This document shows positions 42,791-52,127 of a stretch of 64,000 nt of DNA, one piece after another. Position 1 is the stretch's first letter. Each line of letters begins with the position of its first letter. A program made the position numbers and the translations under genes. Source of the DNA: Candidatus Goldiibacteriota bacterium (GTDB taxonomy: Bacteria > Oederibacteriota > PGYV01 > DSYL01); NCBI GenBank assembly GCA_018000835.1, contig JAGNJD010000002.1:1732-65731 (forward strand), written 5' to 3'. A model generated the notes under the pieces. It searched no databases and was not told the DNA's origin. It saw nothing but the letters and a program-made list of their open reading frames with translations.

Positions 42791-43534
42791 TTAATTAGTT
42801 TTAAACTGTAACCTTATAAACGTCGGAGGTCCGTATTTTTTTATGTTTCTTTCGTATAATTCTTTTTTGTTGGTTCGTCTGGTAAAATATCTTTTACCGG
42901 ACGACTCTATGACTATGAAGTCGTTGTCCATTACTTTTTCTACCATAACGATATGTCTTCCCTTAAAACTTATAAGGTCTCCCGGACGAAGTTTTTCATC
43001 GTTCTTTAACATAAAACCCCTGTCTCTGCAATACGCTTCGAAATTTATAACGCGTCTGGCAAAACACCGGTCATCAGGATTGTTCCATCTTCTGTTTTTA
43101 AAAATCTCTTTTTTTTTGTAATAATAATCCCTTAATTCTTTTTCAAAATATATTCCTGCCTTTTCGTATGCAAGATTAATCAGATCAATGCAAACAATTC
43201 CTCCGAATTTAAAACCAACGTCTCTGAATTCACCACCCAGTTGTTCGTAAGGTCTGCCTATGAGGCATCTTGCATTATTTAAAGCATCCTGAATATTATC
43301 CGTTCCATCCCCGTCTGCATCGTCATCATAAATATTTAAAATCCCATCCCCGTCAACGTCATCGTCACACATATTAATAATGCCGTCCCTGTCAGTGTCT
43401 TTATATCTGTATGACATATAAAACGAAGTATACAAAAAAGCAACAATCAACAAATATAACAAATTTGCATAAATAACAAGCACGGAAATTACAAAAATGT
43501 TAAATATTTTTTTTACCTTTCCCCTGAAATTCAC
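42791..43534 (-). CDS. Membrane-anchored protein with thrombospondin type-3-like Ca-binding Asp repeats and a C-terminal NlpC/P60- or DUF1287-like papain-fold domain
   Basis: N-terminal TM. DTDRDGIINMCDDDVDGDGILNIYDDDADGDGTDNIQD repeats. Cys (GGIVCIDLINLAYEK) and His (GRHIVMV) arranged as in permuted papain-fold peptidases. Confidence 0.4.
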   Translation of the reverse strand: MNFRGKVKKIFNIFVISVLVIYANLLYLLIVAFLYTSFYMSYRYKDTDRDGIINMCDDDVDGDGILNIYDDDADGDGTDNIQDALNNARCLIGRPYEQLGGEFRDVGFKFGGIVCIDLINLAYEKAGIYFEKELRDYYYKKKEIFKNRRWNNPDDRCFARRVINFEAYCRDRGFMLKNDEKLRPGDLISFKGRHIVMVEKVMDNDFIVIESSGKRYFTRRTNKKELYERNIKKYGPPTFIRLQFKTN

Positions 43535-43546
43535 TTTATTTTTAAT

Positions 43547-44212
43547 TTATCCTTTTTTTCTTATTTTTTCTATTGTCTTTTCAACCGTTCCTTTTATTTT
43601 TACGGTACCATTTTTTGTTTTTTGAATGATTTTTTCTGATTTATCCTTTAATTCTTCCACGTTCTTTTTGTTAAAAATGGTTTTCGTAAAAACCTCAGCT
43701 GATTTCCCGAGTTTTTTTATAGTAATTTTTACGTTGTTCTTTTTTTTCATTTCATTCATAATTTCCGCTGCTTCTTCATAAATTATGACAGCATCTTCGC
43801 CTATTTTGATAATTGCATCGCGGGACATAATCAGATTTTCAATAAAAATGTTTTTTTCAACTTCAAAATGTGTAATTATGCCGTCATTATTAAAATAAAA
43901 CGATGCAATTATTCCTTTTTCTATGCCTTTTTCCGTAATTACCTTTAAACCATTGATGGAACTTCCTTTTTTTATTTCTGCATTTAACTTTTCTGAAATT
44001 GGTAAAAGCATTTCTCCCGAATTAAAAATTATTGAATCACCAATGCTTTTCACTTCGTTAAAAGGCAAAAATTTATCGTCTTTATCCGATATTATAAAAC
44101 CTTCAATGTTAAGATGCACGTTATTTACGAAAACATCTATAATTTTACCAAAATTTTTACCCTCCTGAATTGATATGGTTTGTTTGCCAATGACATCCTG
44201 AAATCTTATCAT
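43547..44212 (-). CDS. PRC-barrel domain protein (YlmC/YmxH-like)
   Basis: N-terminal MIRFQDVIGKQTISIQEGKNFGKIIDVFVNNVHLNIEGFIIS matches the PRC barrel. A second PRC-like half follows. Confidence 0.5.
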   Translation of the reverse strand: MIRFQDVIGKQTISIQEGKNFGKIIDVFVNNVHLNIEGFIISDKDDKFLPFNEVKSIGDSIIFNSGEMLLPISEKLNAEIKKGSSINGLKVITEKGIEKGIIASFYFNNDGIITHFEVEKNIFIENLIMSRDAIIKIGEDAVIIYEEAAEIMNEMKKKNNVKITIKKLGKSAEVFTKTIFNKKNVEELKDKSEKIIQKTKNGTVKIKGTVEKTIEKIRKKG

Positions 44213-44308
44213 GTTATCTCCTTTAAATATAATATTTGTAGTTATTTATTATAACAGATTAAAAAAAAATAACAACATTCACGAATTAAAATTTTTTGAT
44301 GGCAGTCA

Positions 44309-44899
44309 TTAACGGACGTTTTTCTTCAGATACTTGCTTCCTCTTGAAGTAAGCGGAACGTTCCTTTTGCACAACGGACAGTCATCCGGATCGTAAGCAT
44401 TTACGTCTACCGTTGCAAGTACAAACGTATCATCAATCCCAAAATCCAATTCTTCCCCGCTTCTGTTTATCAGAACTCCCACTCCTACTATCTCACATTC
44501 ATATTCTTTTAAACTGGTAATTAATTCTCTTACCGAACCGCCTGTCGTAACTATGTCTTCCACGACAAGTACTTTTTCCCCTTTCTTTATTTCAAAATTC
44601 CTTCTCAGCGTAAGTTTACCTTCTTCTCTTTCCATAAAAATACCGCGAACACCAATCTGCCTTGCTACTTCATAAGACAATATTATACCTCCGACCGCTG
44701 CTCCTATTACGACGTCAGGTTTTTTATTTTTAAAATGCCCTGCTATTTCTTTCGCAAGTTTTTCGGTGTGTTCCGGATATTGAAGAACCATAAATTTCTC
44801 AAGATAAATGTTTGAATGTTTTCCTGACGTCAGCAAAAAATGGCCTGCAAGCAAAGCATTTGTCTTTCTAAAAACGTTAAGCACTTTTTCCTGGTTCAT
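44309..44899 (-). CDS. pyrE: Orotate phosphoribosyltransferase
   Basis: PRPP-binding motif VLVVEDIVTTGGS. 196 aa. Overlaps the pyrF stop (ATGA). Confidence 0.9.
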   Translation of the reverse strand: MNQEKVLNVFRKTNALLAGHFLLTSGKHSNIYLEKFMVLQYPEHTEKLAKEIAGHFKNKKPDVVIGAAVGGIILSYEVARQIGVRGIFMEREEGKLTLRRNFEIKKGEKVLVVEDIVTTGGSVRELITSLKEYECEIVGVGVLINRSGEELDFGIDDTFVLATVDVNAYDPDDCPLCKRNVPLTSRGSKYLKKNVR

Positions 44900-45645
44900 T
44901 TTTTACATGCCTCCTGCATCTGATTTATTATTTTACTTACCATTTCAATTTTATCATCCGCCTGAATTATGGGCCTTGACACCACTATGTAATCTGCCCC
45001 GCGTTTTATAGCTTCATACGGCGTCATGACTCTTTTCTGGTCGTCTTTTTCTACTTTTCCTATTCTGATTCCGGGAGTAACTATTATAAAATCCTTGCCG
45101 CACTCTTTTCTTATTGAATGAATTTCTTTTGGGGAACATACAACGCCATCAACACCTGCCTTTTTGGCAAGTTTTGCAAGATGAATCACCATCTTCTTTA
45201 CGTCAAATTTTGATCTGAAAATGTTTTTTATTTCCCTGCTTTCAAAGCTCGTAAGAACCGTTACTGCAAGTAGTTTTGGTTTTTCAATCTGCAATTTATT
45301 TGAAGTATCTTCTATTGCCTGCTTTGCAAATTTTATCATTTTACTGCCGCCCATGGCATGAACGTTTATAAAATTAACGCCCAGTCGTGTTGCCTCGCAG
45401 CAGGCATTATATACCGTCTGAGGTATGTCAAAAAATTTTGCATCATAAAAAATTTTCAGACCTTTTCTTTTTAAGGTCATGACCATTCTTGGTCCGTCTT
45501 TTGTAATTAGTTGTAATCCGACTTTATAAAATTTCACAAATGGGGCAAGTTTGTCTATCAAACCATATGCAATTCCTACGTCGTCAACGTCAAGTCCTAA
45601 AATAAGTTTATCCCTGACATTAAATTCATGCTCATCCTGTTTCAT
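44896..45645 (-). CDS. pyrF: Orotidine 5'-phosphate decarboxylase
   Basis: LILGLDVDD...KFYKVGLQL, the DAKFFDIPQTV catalytic Lys/Asp motif and a C-terminal GADYIVVSRPI phosphate-binding segment. Confidence 0.9.
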   Translation of the reverse strand: MKQDEHEFNVRDKLILGLDVDDVGIAYGLIDKLAPFVKFYKVGLQLITKDGPRMVMTLKRKGLKIFYDAKFFDIPQTVYNACCEATRLGVNFINVHAMGGSKMIKFAKQAIEDTSNKLQIEKPKLLAVTVLTSFESREIKNIFRSKFDVKKMVIHLAKLAKKAGVDGVVCSPKEIHSIRKECGKDFIIVTPGIRIGKVEKDDQKRVMTPYEAIKRGADYIVVSRPIIQADDKIEMVSKIINQMQEACKK

Positions 45646-45675
45646 GACAACCTCCGTTTATTAATTGTATAAATT

Positions 45676-46776
45676 TTATTTCTGAATTGCATTTAAATCA
45701 ATACCTGAAGTTTTACCAATAACGAAAAGCCATGAATATTCATATTCTTCCTTGTTCAAACTTTTTGCATTAATAGTTGCAACATACGTACCATCAGATA
45801 AAGGTTTTTCACGGGAACATTTTATTTCTCTTATCTTTGAATCATAATTTATTTTTCCGATTTCCTTGTTGTTTAACTGGAATTTTATCGTTGCCGTGTT
45901 TAGGTTGGAGTCTTCTGCAAGCAAAACGTGAAATTCAGGATTTCTTTCTTCCATTATTTCACCATCTGCAGGATAAACTTCTTTTACTTTTATCGGTTTT
46001 TTATCCAGAATTTTTTTTAAACTTTTTACCGTCGTTGAATTAAATATTAACGTCCTGTGCAAAGCGTATCCCGGCGTATCCGAAACGTTCATGCCGGTGA
46101 CGACGGAAAAAGCCGCCCTGTATCCAGCCTTTTTTACTATCTGAATGATTTCTTTCGAATATAAGCCATAAGGATATGCAAAAGTTTCAACGGGCATTTT
46201 CAGTTTTGATTCAAAAAACGTTTTTGACTTAATTATTTCTTTTTCAAGAAAAGACAGATATTCTTCATCTGAACTAAAATTGTTTCTTTTAGTTAAATTG
46301 GGATGCGTATAAGAATGACTTCCGACATCAAAATTAAATTTCATCATTTCCTTTATCATATCTTCATTTAAATTATTTTTCCCTCCAAAAAATACGCTGT
46401 AAATGAATATTGTTGCGGGAAATTCGTATTTTTTAAGTAAAGGGAACGCAATGTCATACAACGACCTGTAACCATCGTCTATCGTTATCAACACGGAATT
46501 GTCGGGAATGGAACCCGTGCCGGCAAGATAAGAAAGATATTGTTTCATTGATATGACGTCGTATCCCGACTCCTTTAAAAATTTCAGATGTTCTTCAAAT
46601 CTTTCCTCAGAGATAGAAAAAATGTCATGTTTTTTTGTGTCTGCTGCGATTGTTTCAGTTCCCTTCGTAAATTTGTGATAACACAAAACGTTTATTATTT
46701 TATCCTGCGAAAAAGCAAAAAAATAATAAACGACAAAAGACACAACTAAAACCGATGTTTTTAAATAATGGTTCAT
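45676..46776 (-). CDS. Polysaccharide deacetylase (NodB-homology, CE4) with N-terminal TM and C-terminal beta-sandwich extension
   Basis: TIDDGYRS (Asp-Asp metal/catalytic motif), GSHSYTHPNL (His-His) and AFPYG motifs of CE4 deacetylases. Confidence 0.8.
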   Translation of the reverse strand: MNHYLKTSVLVVSFVVYYFFAFSQDKIINVLCYHKFTKGTETIAADTKKHDIFSISEERFEEHLKFLKESGYDVISMKQYLSYLAGTGSIPDNSVLITIDDGYRSLYDIAFPLLKKYEFPATIFIYSVFFGGKNNLNEDMIKEMMKFNFDVGSHSYTHPNLTKRNNFSSDEEYLSFLEKEIIKSKTFFESKLKMPVETFAYPYGLYSKEIIQIVKKAGYRAAFSVVTGMNVSDTPGYALHRTLIFNSTTVKSLKKILDKKPIKVKEVYPADGEIMEERNPEFHVLLAEDSNLNTATIKFQLNNKEIGKINYDSKIREIKCSREKPLSDGTYVATINAKSLNKEEYEYSWLFVIGKTSGIDLNAIQK

Positions 46777-47348
46777 TTATTTTCCTTTTTCATTGCGCTT
46801 GTATTAACGTATTTTTTCTTTAACCAATTAAACAAAATTCCGATTATAAGTCCCGTCACAAATCCTGCAGCCACGTCAAACGGATAGTGTCCTCCGGTAT
46901 AAATACAAAAAAAACCGATAAGAAAAACAAAAAACACGAACAAAGGGCGCAGTTCTTTATAGTCATCCCATAAAACAGTTACAAGAGCGGTTGCCATTGC
47001 AGTATGCGTTGACGGGAAAGCATAATTAAGGGTTCTCATATAAACGAGAAAATTGACGTCCGCAAGTTCAGCTGCCGGTCTTTTCCTTTTAAAAACGTTT
47101 TTTAAAATAAACGTATTTAATAGATTCGTAATAATAACCGCCCACAATGAAAATGCAACATTTGTTTTTGCCTTTGCCGCATCTTTTTTAAAAAAATAAA
47201 TAAAAGCAAAAAACAAAACGACGATAAGGAAAACGTCGTTTGCAAAAAACCACATTATTTTTTCCAGCAAAGGATTGTATAACGTGCCATTAATAAATCT
47301 GAAAATTTTTGTATCAGTGCTTAAAAGAAAATTTTTTATTGCGTCCAT
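46773..47348 (-). CDS. PAP2-family (type 2 phosphatidic acid / undecaprenyl-pyrophosphate-type) phosphatase
   Basis: KRKRPAAE (KxxxxxxRP), FPSTH (PSGH-like) and HYPFDV (SRxxxxxHxxxD-like) motifs. About 5 TM helices. Confidence 0.7.
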   Translation of the reverse strand: MDAIKNFLLSTDTKIFRFINGTLYNPLLEKIMWFFANDVFLIVVLFFAFIYFFKKDAAKAKTNVAFSLWAVIITNLLNTFILKNVFKRKRPAAELADVNFLVYMRTLNYAFPSTHTAMATALVTVLWDDYKELRPLFVFFVFLIGFFCIYTGGHYPFDVAAGFVTGLIIGILFNWLKKKYVNTSAMKKENK

Positions 47349-47349
47349 T

Positions 47350-50300
47350 TCATTCCTTTAACTTATAAAGGACGGCGCCTGCGTTCTGATAGACGGGCTC
47401 TCCTAATTCGGCAAGTTTAAAACAATTGGGGTATAATTTTTTTTCTATGGAACCGATGTAAAAATATTTTAATCCATAATCTTTCATCAGTCTTTTTGAT
47501 TCGTTTAAATCTGTTGCGGTATAAATGGAATCCGTTGCCTTCGTTCTGGCTGAAACCTCGCTGCTTCGTCCGCTTTGCTGTGAAACCTGGTATCCCCAGC
47601 CAACCAGCGTAGGCATACCCGTAAAAATTGATATTCTTGACGAACCGGTATACATCCATTCCCCATGTGTTTCCAGAATCGGATCTATGCTTTTAAAATT
47701 TTTATTTATCCATTCTATGGTTTCATAATCATATTTATCAAAATCGCGGACAGAACCCATACGCTGTTCAAGATTTTTCATGTATAAAAGTCCGTCTATC
47801 CGGGGTTTTTGCCTGAAACCAAGTGAGCATATGTCCATTTTTATTATTGAACCAAACAAAGGATATAATACGGCGGGCACAAGCAGGAAAATAAGAGACC
47901 CGGCAAAAATGTATTTGCTTAATTTTTCCTTTAAAAAACCGGCAAACAAAGGTCCAAGTAAAATAACTATGGTTAAAACAGCAGGCAGGAAATCACCCGT
48001 TCTGCGTAAGTCAAAGAAACGTACAAAAATTGAAGTTATCAATAAAAACAAAACTATGCCTGTAATATATAACCAATCTCTGTTTTTTAATCTATTAAAT
48101 ATTTTTAAATTTTGTTCAATTTTAAAAAGGAGATAAGGAACGGCGATTGAAAGCATGGTCCATGCAACCATATAAAATTTAAAAACCGTATTCATTCTTC
48201 CATCCGCTATAAAATATATTTCAGTCCCCCAGATGATTCCTATTGAAATGAACAACAAAAGCATTGAGAAAATTTCCGTTCTGTCCTTTGTCGTAAACAA
48301 CACCCACAATACGACAGCTGCCATAACCAGTAAAAAAGCAAAGGTCTCCTGGACAAACCCAAAAATTATAAGAAATAAAATAAGAATTATGACCGTGACG
48401 TAAAATCTTATGGATAATGAAAAATTGTCGTTTATTTTATTCATTACTTTTACTACAACTCCCATTATCTTATTAAAATCCGGTTTTTTTATTTTAAACA
48501 TTTTATGCAAAGACAATTTTTTACTAAAACGGTCTATACCACCGCCCAGGACAAAATAAATGTATGCAAATATAATAAAGAAAAAAACAGAAAAATATTT
48601 AAACATAACATAAAGTGATGCTCTTTCCGCCTTTGATATCAGATGAGGGCTTGTTTTATATGGCGACTGGAAACCCGAGTGAAAAGGAATATATAAAACA
48701 TAACTTATCAAAGTAAGAACTATGGCAGATACAACTGCAATACCAATGGAATATAAAACGTTTTTTATGACCGTTTCTGTTTTTATTTTTCTGGTAATTT
48801 TAAAATTATCCCTGAATAGATTTATTCCCACAATAAAAAATGCGACTGCAACCAGAATAAGCATTGGAGGGAAATTCCACGTATTCATAGGTAACATCGC
48901 ACCAAGTATAAGTGCAATCATAAAACATGAAAGAAAAACGTTTATACGTGAATCACCAAAACTATTTAAAAAATTTGTGGTTTTATTGCGATGCAATATG
49001 ACGTTATAAATGAGTGCAAATCCAAAAACCATTATCGGGATTACAATGTTATGGGCATGCAAATCACCATAAAGATATGAAAAAAACGGCATTTCAGTTA
49101 TGACGGGTGTCGGATAGATTCTGGTCGGGTCCCAGATAAACTGGAAAACCCCGGTTGAATTAATAAACTGTGATAGATTATTTGCATTCCAGAGTTTGTC
49201 GAGAATGAATTCAAGAGTATGAAAATTACCGGAAAGTGCCAGTAAAAAAGAACCAAATAAAGCATAACCATATTTTTTCGTCATGTTGTAGACAAGCGTA
49301 AAAGCACCGGTAAAACACAATGCAAATAAAAGTGCAAGTGACAAATTATATGTAATCCTCGGTTCATACCCCAGCAGTTTTGAAAGCGTTGCAAGCATCA
49401 GTTGACCCCAGTAATAATAATTCAGGGTCCATCCTGAAAGCCATGGGTCGTGAGGAGGGAATTTAACGTCGTTATAAATTGCGGAAAGATAAGCCATACC
49501 CATCGGCTCACCGCCACCGTTATAACCATGGCCTGAGACGTTATGTATGTCCGGTGCCCATAGTTTTATAATTATGAAAAACAGATAAGAGGCAAGAAAA
49601 ACGATTTCGGTAAACAAAATGTGTCTTTTGTTTTCTTTTACAAAAGAATTAACTTCTTTTAATTTATTCCTGTATGCAATAAAACTCAGGATCAGTAAAA
49701 CAAAAAATAAAATAAAAAGATTTTTCTGATAAAATTTGAATAATCCACATGAAACTATTATCCAGTTTAACCACGCAAAAATAAAAATGCCGGAAATCTT
49801 TGCAAGTCCATATCCTTTATCTGCAAAATTGTTAAATACTTTAAAATGCAACGGCATGACGATAAAAGACAATAACTGGACCAGCAGATACCACATAAAA
49901 ACAGAAATCACTGGCAGCAATGCTATTGGTCTATCCCTTAAAAGTCCTATGTTTGGATTCGGGAATCCTTTTATTTTTGATTTGGTACTATATTTTGCCC
50001 TTATCTGGTTTTCACCCTGTATCAGTATTGCCTTTAATTCTTCCTTTGGCAGATATTTTTCATTTTTAAAAATATAAACATGCGGATGGTCGTATAACTG
50101 AAAAGATTCGTCTGCATTATCGTCTTTTATAGTTATTCCGAGGAAAGAAGGATAAACTGCTTTTTCGTAAGCAAGTTTAAATCCCAATTTTTCCGGCTCT
50201 TTTAACATGGTGCTGTAATAAAAATAATTTATCGGGTATCGCTGCGGCAGCCGCATATAAGTCCCATAAGCACGCTTATCTGCCATTACAACGTAATCTG

Positions 50301-51768
50301 CCTCTGCAAGCCGTGAAGACAGTTCTTCTATCTTTCCGGGAGAATCCGGCTCCTGCAAATTCCATTTTGTAATATTATAAATCCATCCTCCTTTCCCGTC
50401 TGCATAAACGGGAAGATCATCTCCCCACTGTTCATTTAATATCGTGGTCCGTTTTGGCGGATTGCTGCCTGGCATAATTTCAGGAATGTTTTTATACATC
50501 CATCTTGAGGCCTGAATCCATGTATGGGAATTTGTATAAACGTTCATAAAAGCCAGACCATAAAAAGCAGCGCCACCCATTACCACCGCGCTTATAAGAA
50601 CCGGCCACTTTTTTTCCTTAAAAAATGAAAAAAGGTCGTATAAAAATTTAGCAGTAATCAATGCAAGAAACGGCGTAAAAAGGAGCATGTAACGGTTAAA
50701 TTTACCAAAAGAAACCCCGACTATAAGGAAATAAGGCACCATCCATGACAAAATCAGCATTATTCCCTTGTCTTCAAACTTTTGTTTTATAAAATTTTTT
50801 ACGACTTTTATTATGTAATACAAAAAAGCAGCAAAAGCAGCAATGCCAAAAGGTATTCCCATTGTATATAAAACGAGATTTTTTATGTAATACAGATACG
50901 GCGTTGTATGTAAATATTGTCTGTTGTATGGGACGTCTCCTTCGCCGGTTACAAGGATGCGTCTCTGATAATTCTGGTCGTTCATAAAACTTTTAAAATC
51001 AATTATTGCATAGGGCATGAATATGAAAAAGGAGATGAAGGAAACTGCTGCTGCTATTCCCAGGTTTACCCATGAATTTATTTTTAACTCTTTTACTGAT
51101 TTACCTTTTCCTTTTATTGAAAAAAAGTAAAGCAGATGTCCGGTTAAAATGGCAAAAGCAGCGGGAAGTGCAGACGATTTTGAGGCAAGAGATGCCCCGT
51201 AAAAAACGCCTGCAAGTATATAATCCAGTATTGCTCCCTTTTTATAAATGCGCGCCGAGAAATACACAACTCCTGCAACAAAAAAAGCGGTAAAAGTATC
51301 AACTGTAAAAAAATGTGCAGCATGTATATGAAGCGTAGTAAAGGCAAGCAAGGTTGCAGCCATAAGTGCGACGGCGGGTTTAAAAAGCAACATCCCTGTT
51401 AAAAAAATAAAAATGATTGTTCCTGTATCAACGAGGCCCGATATTACCCTCGCACCGCCAATCAATGCCCTGTTCGTATCAAGATTTTTTACCCAGCCGT
51501 TATTACGTAGGTCATTAAGAAAATTTTTATAAAAAGAAAGGATGTAAAGGGGAAGAGAGCCGTATTGAAGGCCAAGTGGTCTTCCCGGATAATTCAGCGA
51601 CGGGACTGCATTTCCAACAATCCATCGTTCATCAGGATGAAACTGTCTGTCGTTATACCAGTCAGGCTGATATAACCGTAAAATAAGTGCAGTTAAAATG
51701 ACGGCAAACAATGCAAAATAAGTCCAGAACCTTGAATTTACCTTTATTTTATTCTTTTTTGCAGTCAT
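47350..51768 (-). CDS. Giant polytopic membrane protein (1472 aa) with ArnT/PMT-like GT-C glycosyltransferase N-terminus and DUF2298-like C-terminal region
   Basis: More than 30 predicted TM helices. The first extracytoplasmic loop carries QFHPDERW (a DE motif as in GT-C transferases ArnT/PMT). The C-terminal soluble domain resembles DUF2298 proteins. Confidence 0.55.
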   Translation of the reverse strand: MTAKKNKIKVNSRFWTYFALFAVILTALILRLYQPDWYNDRQFHPDERWIVGNAVPSLNYPGRPLGLQYGSLPLYILSFYKNFLNDLRNNGWVKNLDTNRALIGGARVISGLVDTGTIIFIFLTGMLLFKPAVALMAATLLAFTTLHIHAAHFFTVDTFTAFFVAGVVYFSARIYKKGAILDYILAGVFYGASLASKSSALPAAFAILTGHLLYFFSIKGKGKSVKELKINSWVNLGIAAAVSFISFFIFMPYAIIDFKSFMNDQNYQRRILVTGEGDVPYNRQYLHTTPYLYYIKNLVLYTMGIPFGIAAFAAFLYYIIKVVKNFIKQKFEDKGIMLILSWMVPYFLIVGVSFGKFNRYMLLFTPFLALITAKFLYDLFSFFKEKKWPVLISAVVMGGAAFYGLAFMNVYTNSHTWIQASRWMYKNIPEIMPGSNPPKRTTILNEQWGDDLPVYADGKGGWIYNITKWNLQEPDSPGKIEELSSRLAEADYVVMADKRAYGTYMRLPQRYPINYFYYSTMLKEPEKLGFKLAYEKAVYPSFLGITIKDDNADESFQLYDHPHVYIFKNEKYLPKEELKAILIQGENQIRAKYSTKSKIKGFPNPNIGLLRDRPIALLPVISVFMWYLLVQLLSFIVMPLHFKVFNNFADKGYGLAKISGIFIFAWLNWIIVSCGLFKFYQKNLFILFFVLLILSFIAYRNKLKEVNSFVKENKRHILFTEIVFLASYLFFIIIKLWAPDIHNVSGHGYNGGGEPMGMAYLSAIYNDVKFPPHDPWLSGWTLNYYYWGQLMLATLSKLLGYEPRITYNLSLALLFALCFTGAFTLVYNMTKKYGYALFGSFLLALSGNFHTLEFILDKLWNANNLSQFINSTGVFQFIWDPTRIYPTPVITEMPFFSYLYGDLHAHNIVIPIMVFGFALIYNVILHRNKTTNFLNSFGDSRINVFLSCFMIALILGAMLPMNTWNFPPMLILVAVAFFIVGINLFRDNFKITRKIKTETVIKNVLYSIGIAVVSAIVLTLISYVLYIPFHSGFQSPYKTSPHLISKAERASLYVMFKYFSVFFFIIFAYIYFVLGGGIDRFSKKLSLHKMFKIKKPDFNKIMGVVVKVMNKINDNFSLSIRFYVTVIILILFLIIFGFVQETFAFLLVMAAVVLWVLFTTKDRTEIFSMLLLFISIGIIWGTEIYFIADGRMNTVFKFYMVAWTMLSIAVPYLLFKIEQNLKIFNRLKNRDWLYITGIVLFLLITSIFVRFFDLRRTGDFLPAVLTIVILLGPLFAGFLKEKLSKYIFAGSLIFLLVPAVLYPLFGSIIKMDICSLGFRQKPRIDGLLYMKNLEQRMGSVRDFDKYDYETIEWINKNFKSIDPILETHGEWMYTGSSRISIFTGMPTLVGWGYQVSQQSGRSSEVSARTKATDSIYTATDLNESKRLMKDYGLKYFYIGSIEKKLYPNCFKLAELGEPVYQNAGAVLYKLKE

Positions 51769-51844
51769 GTTTTCTCCTTAAAAATGAGTATCATAAATTC
51801 CGGAATAATGTCTTATAATGTCCGTTAAAACAAAACATCCGGAA

Positions 51845-52114
51845 TTATCCCATTTTATAACGTTTTCTTATGTCCTCCAGAATTTCCCATTCACATTCAA
51901 GTCCGGCCGGGAAAGTAACAAGGTCACCCGCACCAAACGTAACTGTCTCTTCCTTTGTTTTTACGTTTGCTTTACCTTCCAGGATGAAGCACGTTTCCGG
52001 TTCGTCATAAAACCACGGGAATTTTGATTTTTCTTTTTCCCATACAGGCCATGATTCTACGTTTAATTCTTTTAACTGTTTTTCCGTTGGTTTTTCAATA
52101 TTAATTTTTGCCAC
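51845..52114 (-). CDS. Cupin-domain protein (cupin_3 / DUF861-like)
   Basis: 89 aa with VESWPVWEKE...FILEGKANVKTKEETVTFGAGDLVTFPAGLECEWEI, typical of small single-domain cupins. Confidence 0.6.
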   Translation of the reverse strand: MAKINIEKPTEKQLKELNVESWPVWEKEKSKFPWFYDEPETCFILEGKANVKTKEETVTFGAGDLVTFPAGLECEWEILEDIRKRYKMG

Positions 52115-52127
52115 GATTTCCCCCTAC

